Below the pieces are notes generated by a model that saw nothing but the letters and a program-made list of their open reading frames with translations, made no database searches and was not told the origin of the DNA. Shown piece by piece: positions 60,612 to 64,000 of a stretch of 64,000 nucleotides of DNA. Both the position numbers and the translations under genes were made by a program. How positions within the stretch are numbered: the stretch's first letter is position 1; every line of letters begins with the position of its first letter. Location of the stretch: the NCBI RefSeq assembly GCF_016432865.1, contig NC_067404.1, positions 85,808,001 through 85,872,000 of the forward strand. Direction: 5' to 3'. This stretch comes from Antechinus flavipes. Lineage: Eukaryota.

Positions 60612-62019
60612 GTAAGTGCTTCCAGAGGCCTCAGACTGACCGGTTGACCCGTCCAGCTCTGCCTGTTCCCTATGCTTGCCTTGACCTGCCAGCCAATCTC
60701 TGTGGCAATCCTCCCCGCCCCCCCCACTCCCCGGGGCAGCCTCCTCTGCTTCCTCCACCCAGAAGAGGTAGCATTTCATCCAGGCCTTAAGGGGTGACCG
60801 GGATTTCCCCAAGGCTGGGGAAGTGATGGGATGGCCCCTGGAGGGCTTAGGGAATGGCCCAAGGGGTACAGGCAGGGGAGCCTTGTGAAGGGGAGCTGGG
60901 AAGTAAGCTGGGGCTCGGGCTGAGATGGAGAGGGCCCTGAGTGACCTTGAGCTTGAGCTTGAAATTGAGATGGACAGAGACCCAGCTGTCCTAAATAATT
61001 CTCGTGCCATATTTGTTTTAAGTGAGACCCAGGAGCGGGATGGGGGTGGGGTGGGGCTGGTCAGAAAGAGAACCGGAACTCATGGCCCCCGAACCGGGGA
61101 TGTCACCAGTGGGCAGATGTCAAGGACGGGGCAGGGTCCCTCACAGACACAGAGTGTTCCTTTCCAGCCTCGTGGGAACAAAAGCCTGGAAGGCCCAGGA
61201 TCAGATGCCCAGTAGTGGGGGCCAGCCCAAGCAACTGGTGATTTCATGTGAAGGCATCTCCTTTCCCAGGAAGAACCGATGCTGCTGCAGGATTCGGGGA
61301 AGCTCAGGAAGACTTGTTTAAAGGAATGGTGGTCCAAGAGAACCACTGCTAGAGAGGCAAGAGAATGTAAAGCCGGAATAGGGAATCTTTTTTCTGCCCA
61401 GGGCTCTCTGGATATTTAGAACATCATTTGAGGGCCAGCTTAAAACCTGAAGTGATGGGAGGTTGTGGTGCCTCGCTTTCAGCTCTTCAAGGCCTGCGGG
61501 GCCAGACCAAATGGTTCTGTGGGCCTTATGCAGCTCCCAAGCCATTTGTTCCCTCCCCTGATGTAAAGGGACACAGACGCTGAAAGACATGGGGACTCGT
61601 CAATGAGATGATGCAAACTGAGTCCAGGGGGGCTGCTGAGGAGCCTTGGCTCCCTCCTTTGCTGGACTGGAGGTGCAGAAGGAGGCACAGTGTTTGGACT
61701 GTTCTCCTCCATTAAAACCCAACTCCTCTTGTCTTCCTGCTTGGATGTGTGAATTTATGCTCTCCAGCTCTGTGTGTGTGTGTGTATGTCCTGGCACACT
61801 CAGGGGTGGCACGTGGGGGGTTGGTGAACACCATGTCTCTCTGTAGGCCTTGGAAGGGTGTGGCCCAGGCACCATATTCAGTACTCGAGTGGTGGCTAAG
61901 TAGTCCAAGAGTGTGGTGTGTACCTATTGAATGCCAGCTAGGTGGCATCCACATAGTGGATGGAGCCCTGGGCCTGGAGACAAGAATATCTGAGTGCCAA
62001 TCTGGCCTCAGAAACTTCC

Positions 62020-62165
62020 TGACTGTCATTTTACCCTGTTTGCCTCAGTTTCCTCCTCTGTAAAATGAGCTGGAGAAGGAAATGGCCAACCACTGCAGTA
62101 TCTCTTCCTGGGAAATCCCAAGTAGAGCCACAGGGTTGGACGCACCTAAAATGACTGAACAACAA
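62020..62165 (+). mobile_element. MAR1-type SINE fragment
   Basis: cctcagtttcctcctctgtaaaatgagctggagaaggaaatggccaaccactgcag...atgactgaacaacaac. Confidence 0.85.
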
Positions 62166-62604
62166 CATCCCATGCCATTGCCTGTTCCCCCAAGGCCTCG
62201 ACTCTGTGCCCTCCTTCTGGCTACTACAGTCCACTCCCCACCACTGCCGGCCCTCCAATGAGACTCCCTCCCGTGGTTTGCGCTGCCAGACTTGACTTAG
62301 AAAAAAAACAAAGCATACCCAATCCATCTCTGTTCGCTCCCAAAGGTCCCCTTAGTCTCAGATGGAGCCTGGCTCCCAGTGACCCAGCCTGGAAGGGCTT
62401 CCCTGCCCTCACCCCGGGATGTCCAAGGGATGCACTGTCCCTCCAAGCCTTTCTCTCAAAAGCTCCAGAGTGGCGGGAATAGTGGTGTCCATAAAGCCTC
62501 AGGCTTGGATCCGGATGACTGGGATTGGGCCCCCCCCAACTTCTATAAGCCAGAGGCGGGGTTCCAGGGCTCCTGAAGAAGACAGTCTGATGCTGGCTTC
62601 TCAG

Positions 62605-63299
62605 GCAAGACTGAGGCAGCCACAAGCTCTGTCCTGCTCTGATCCGGGGTGCCCACGTGATTCTGCCCGACCACCCCGTGGCTTGCTGTGCCGGTGGCCC
62701 TGCCCACAAGTGCCTGTCACCATGCCCATCCTTGGGTCAAAGACCTTTGCCCAGGCCCCGCCCCCCCACCCTTGCCCGGATGTGTGCCTGTGCCCATGCC
62801 CGGCTGTGGCCCCGCTAGGGCCCAGTCCGGGTTTGCAGGCCCGCCCTTGCCTGGGCCCCGCTCCCGGGCCTGCTGCCAGGCTGCCAGTCGGGAGAGCAGG
62901 AGATCATGCTGCTGTCTCCCTGGGAGCGGCTCGCGAGCCATTTCTGAGGCTCTGCTGCCATCTAGCGACGGAGAGTCTGCCGCTCCCAATGGTGGCTCGT
63001 GCTCTGCTTTTCCAGAGCGGGCTTGCTCCTGCCCACTGCGGAGGAAGACACTTGGAGGGTCGGAGCATTTGCCCCCCTGGCCAGGAGCCTCCCCCGGTAC
63101 GCCGGGGGGCAGTCGGGAAGAGAGGCCTGATGTGGAAACGGAAAACCAGGGACTGCCAGCTCCGAGGAGTGCCCCCCCTTTGGCTGCCACACCAAGGCCT
63201 GAGGCAGGCGATGTGCTGGCTCCTTGGGGAGCTGGGGAGCTCTTCTGCAAGCGCCATTTGTGCCCGTGTCAGCCATCAAGCCCAGCCCGCAAGCATCAG
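62605..63299 (+). other. Candidate exon of the plus-strand gene (coding status unknown)
   Basis: Acceptor-like ttctcag|G at 62604/62605 and strong donor CAG|GTGAGT at 63299/63300. CpG-containing; one frame is open throughout but the protein is not recognised. Confidence 0.35.
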
Positions 63300-63489
63300 G
63301 TGAGTCTCTGAGATTCCCCACTGCTTCTTGGGGATCAGACCTGGAAGGACGGGAGACTGTTGCAGTTATCGGGTCAATAACAGAACGCAAGGGGTCCCCA
63401 GCCACCTTGCCTTGAACTCTCTGTCTTTCACAAGGGCACCTCAACCTCATGTTGAAAAGGGGGCTCGTTATCTCTCCTATGTCCCTGAC

Positions 63490-63740
63490 CCTCCTCACCC
63501 AGTTGGTTGTTCAATCCTTTCAGTCGTGTCCAAGTCTTTGTCGTCCCATTTGGGGTTTTCTCGGTAAATATAGTGTGGTGGTTTGCCGTTCCTCCTCCAG
63601 CTCGTTTTACAGATGAGGAAACTGAAGCAGACAAGGGTAAGTGACTGGCCCAGGGTCATACAGCTAATACGTGTCTGAGGGCACATTTCAAGTCAGGAAG
63701 ATGTCTTTCTGACTCCAAGCAAGGCACTCTATGCTCCTTT
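63490..63740 (-). mobile_element. MAR1-type SINE (antisense)
   Basis: gttgttcaatcctttcagtcgtgtcc...ttttacagatgaggaaactga...cccagggtcatacagcta. Confidence 0.85.
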
Positions 63741-63744
63741 GTAT

Positions 63745-64000
63745 ACTTAATAGAATTTTATTTTATTTTTTAAATTCCATGGAAAAATAATTTTCAATAT
63801 TTATCTTTGTAAGGTTTTTAAGTCCAAAATTTTCTCCTTCTTTCCTTTCTTTCCCTCCCCCTTACCCAAGACAAGAAGCAATCTGATACAGGTTATACTT
63901 GTACAGTCCCATGAAACATATTTCCACATTAGGCGTGCTGTGAAAGAAGAATTAGAACAAGAGGGCAAGACCATGAGAAATGAAAAAAAACCCAAAGTGA
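63745..64000 (-). mobile_element. Antisense L1 3' end, running off the window
   Basis: T-rich tail then cccttacccaagacaagaagcaatctgatacagg...tgctgtgaaagaagaattagaac, typical of a marsupial L1 3'UTR. Confidence 0.75.

Noticed and set aside
60613-60634. TAAGTGCTTCC, identical to the 5' end of miR-302-family miRNAs
   Set aside because: No complementary arm forming a pre-miRNA hairpin nearby; the match is explained by overlap with a GTAAGT splice donor.

Overview
Eukaryotic (marsupial, most likely dasyurid: WSINE1, MAR1, RTE/BovB and dasyurid-type L1 3' ends) draft-assembly DNA with three N gaps (7464-7595, 10169-10625, 50771-50962). No complete or recognisable protein-coding exon was found. Two GC/CpG-rich, apparently divergent promoter regions that I could not assign to named genes (minus-strand at ~7.0-8.5 kb, plus-strand at ~57.6-60.6 kb) flank a ~43 kb block made almost wholly of decayed transposable elements. 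These are nested L1s, an ORF2-less HAL1-like element, three solo LTRs with target-site duplications, two RTE-clade LINEs (one BovB-like), L2, SINEs and a decayed RAN processed pseudogene. The most unusual structure is a near full-length old L1 (~17.1-33.1 kb) whose 5'UTR is expanded by a ~5.6 kb modular tandem array (~96/~73/shorter monomers). The array contains a ~1.2 kb internally inverted block, recurrent variant monomers suggesting higher-order structure, and a CTCF-like motif in most monomers. All calls are by eye; no database searches were run and TE boundaries without a TSD are approximate.
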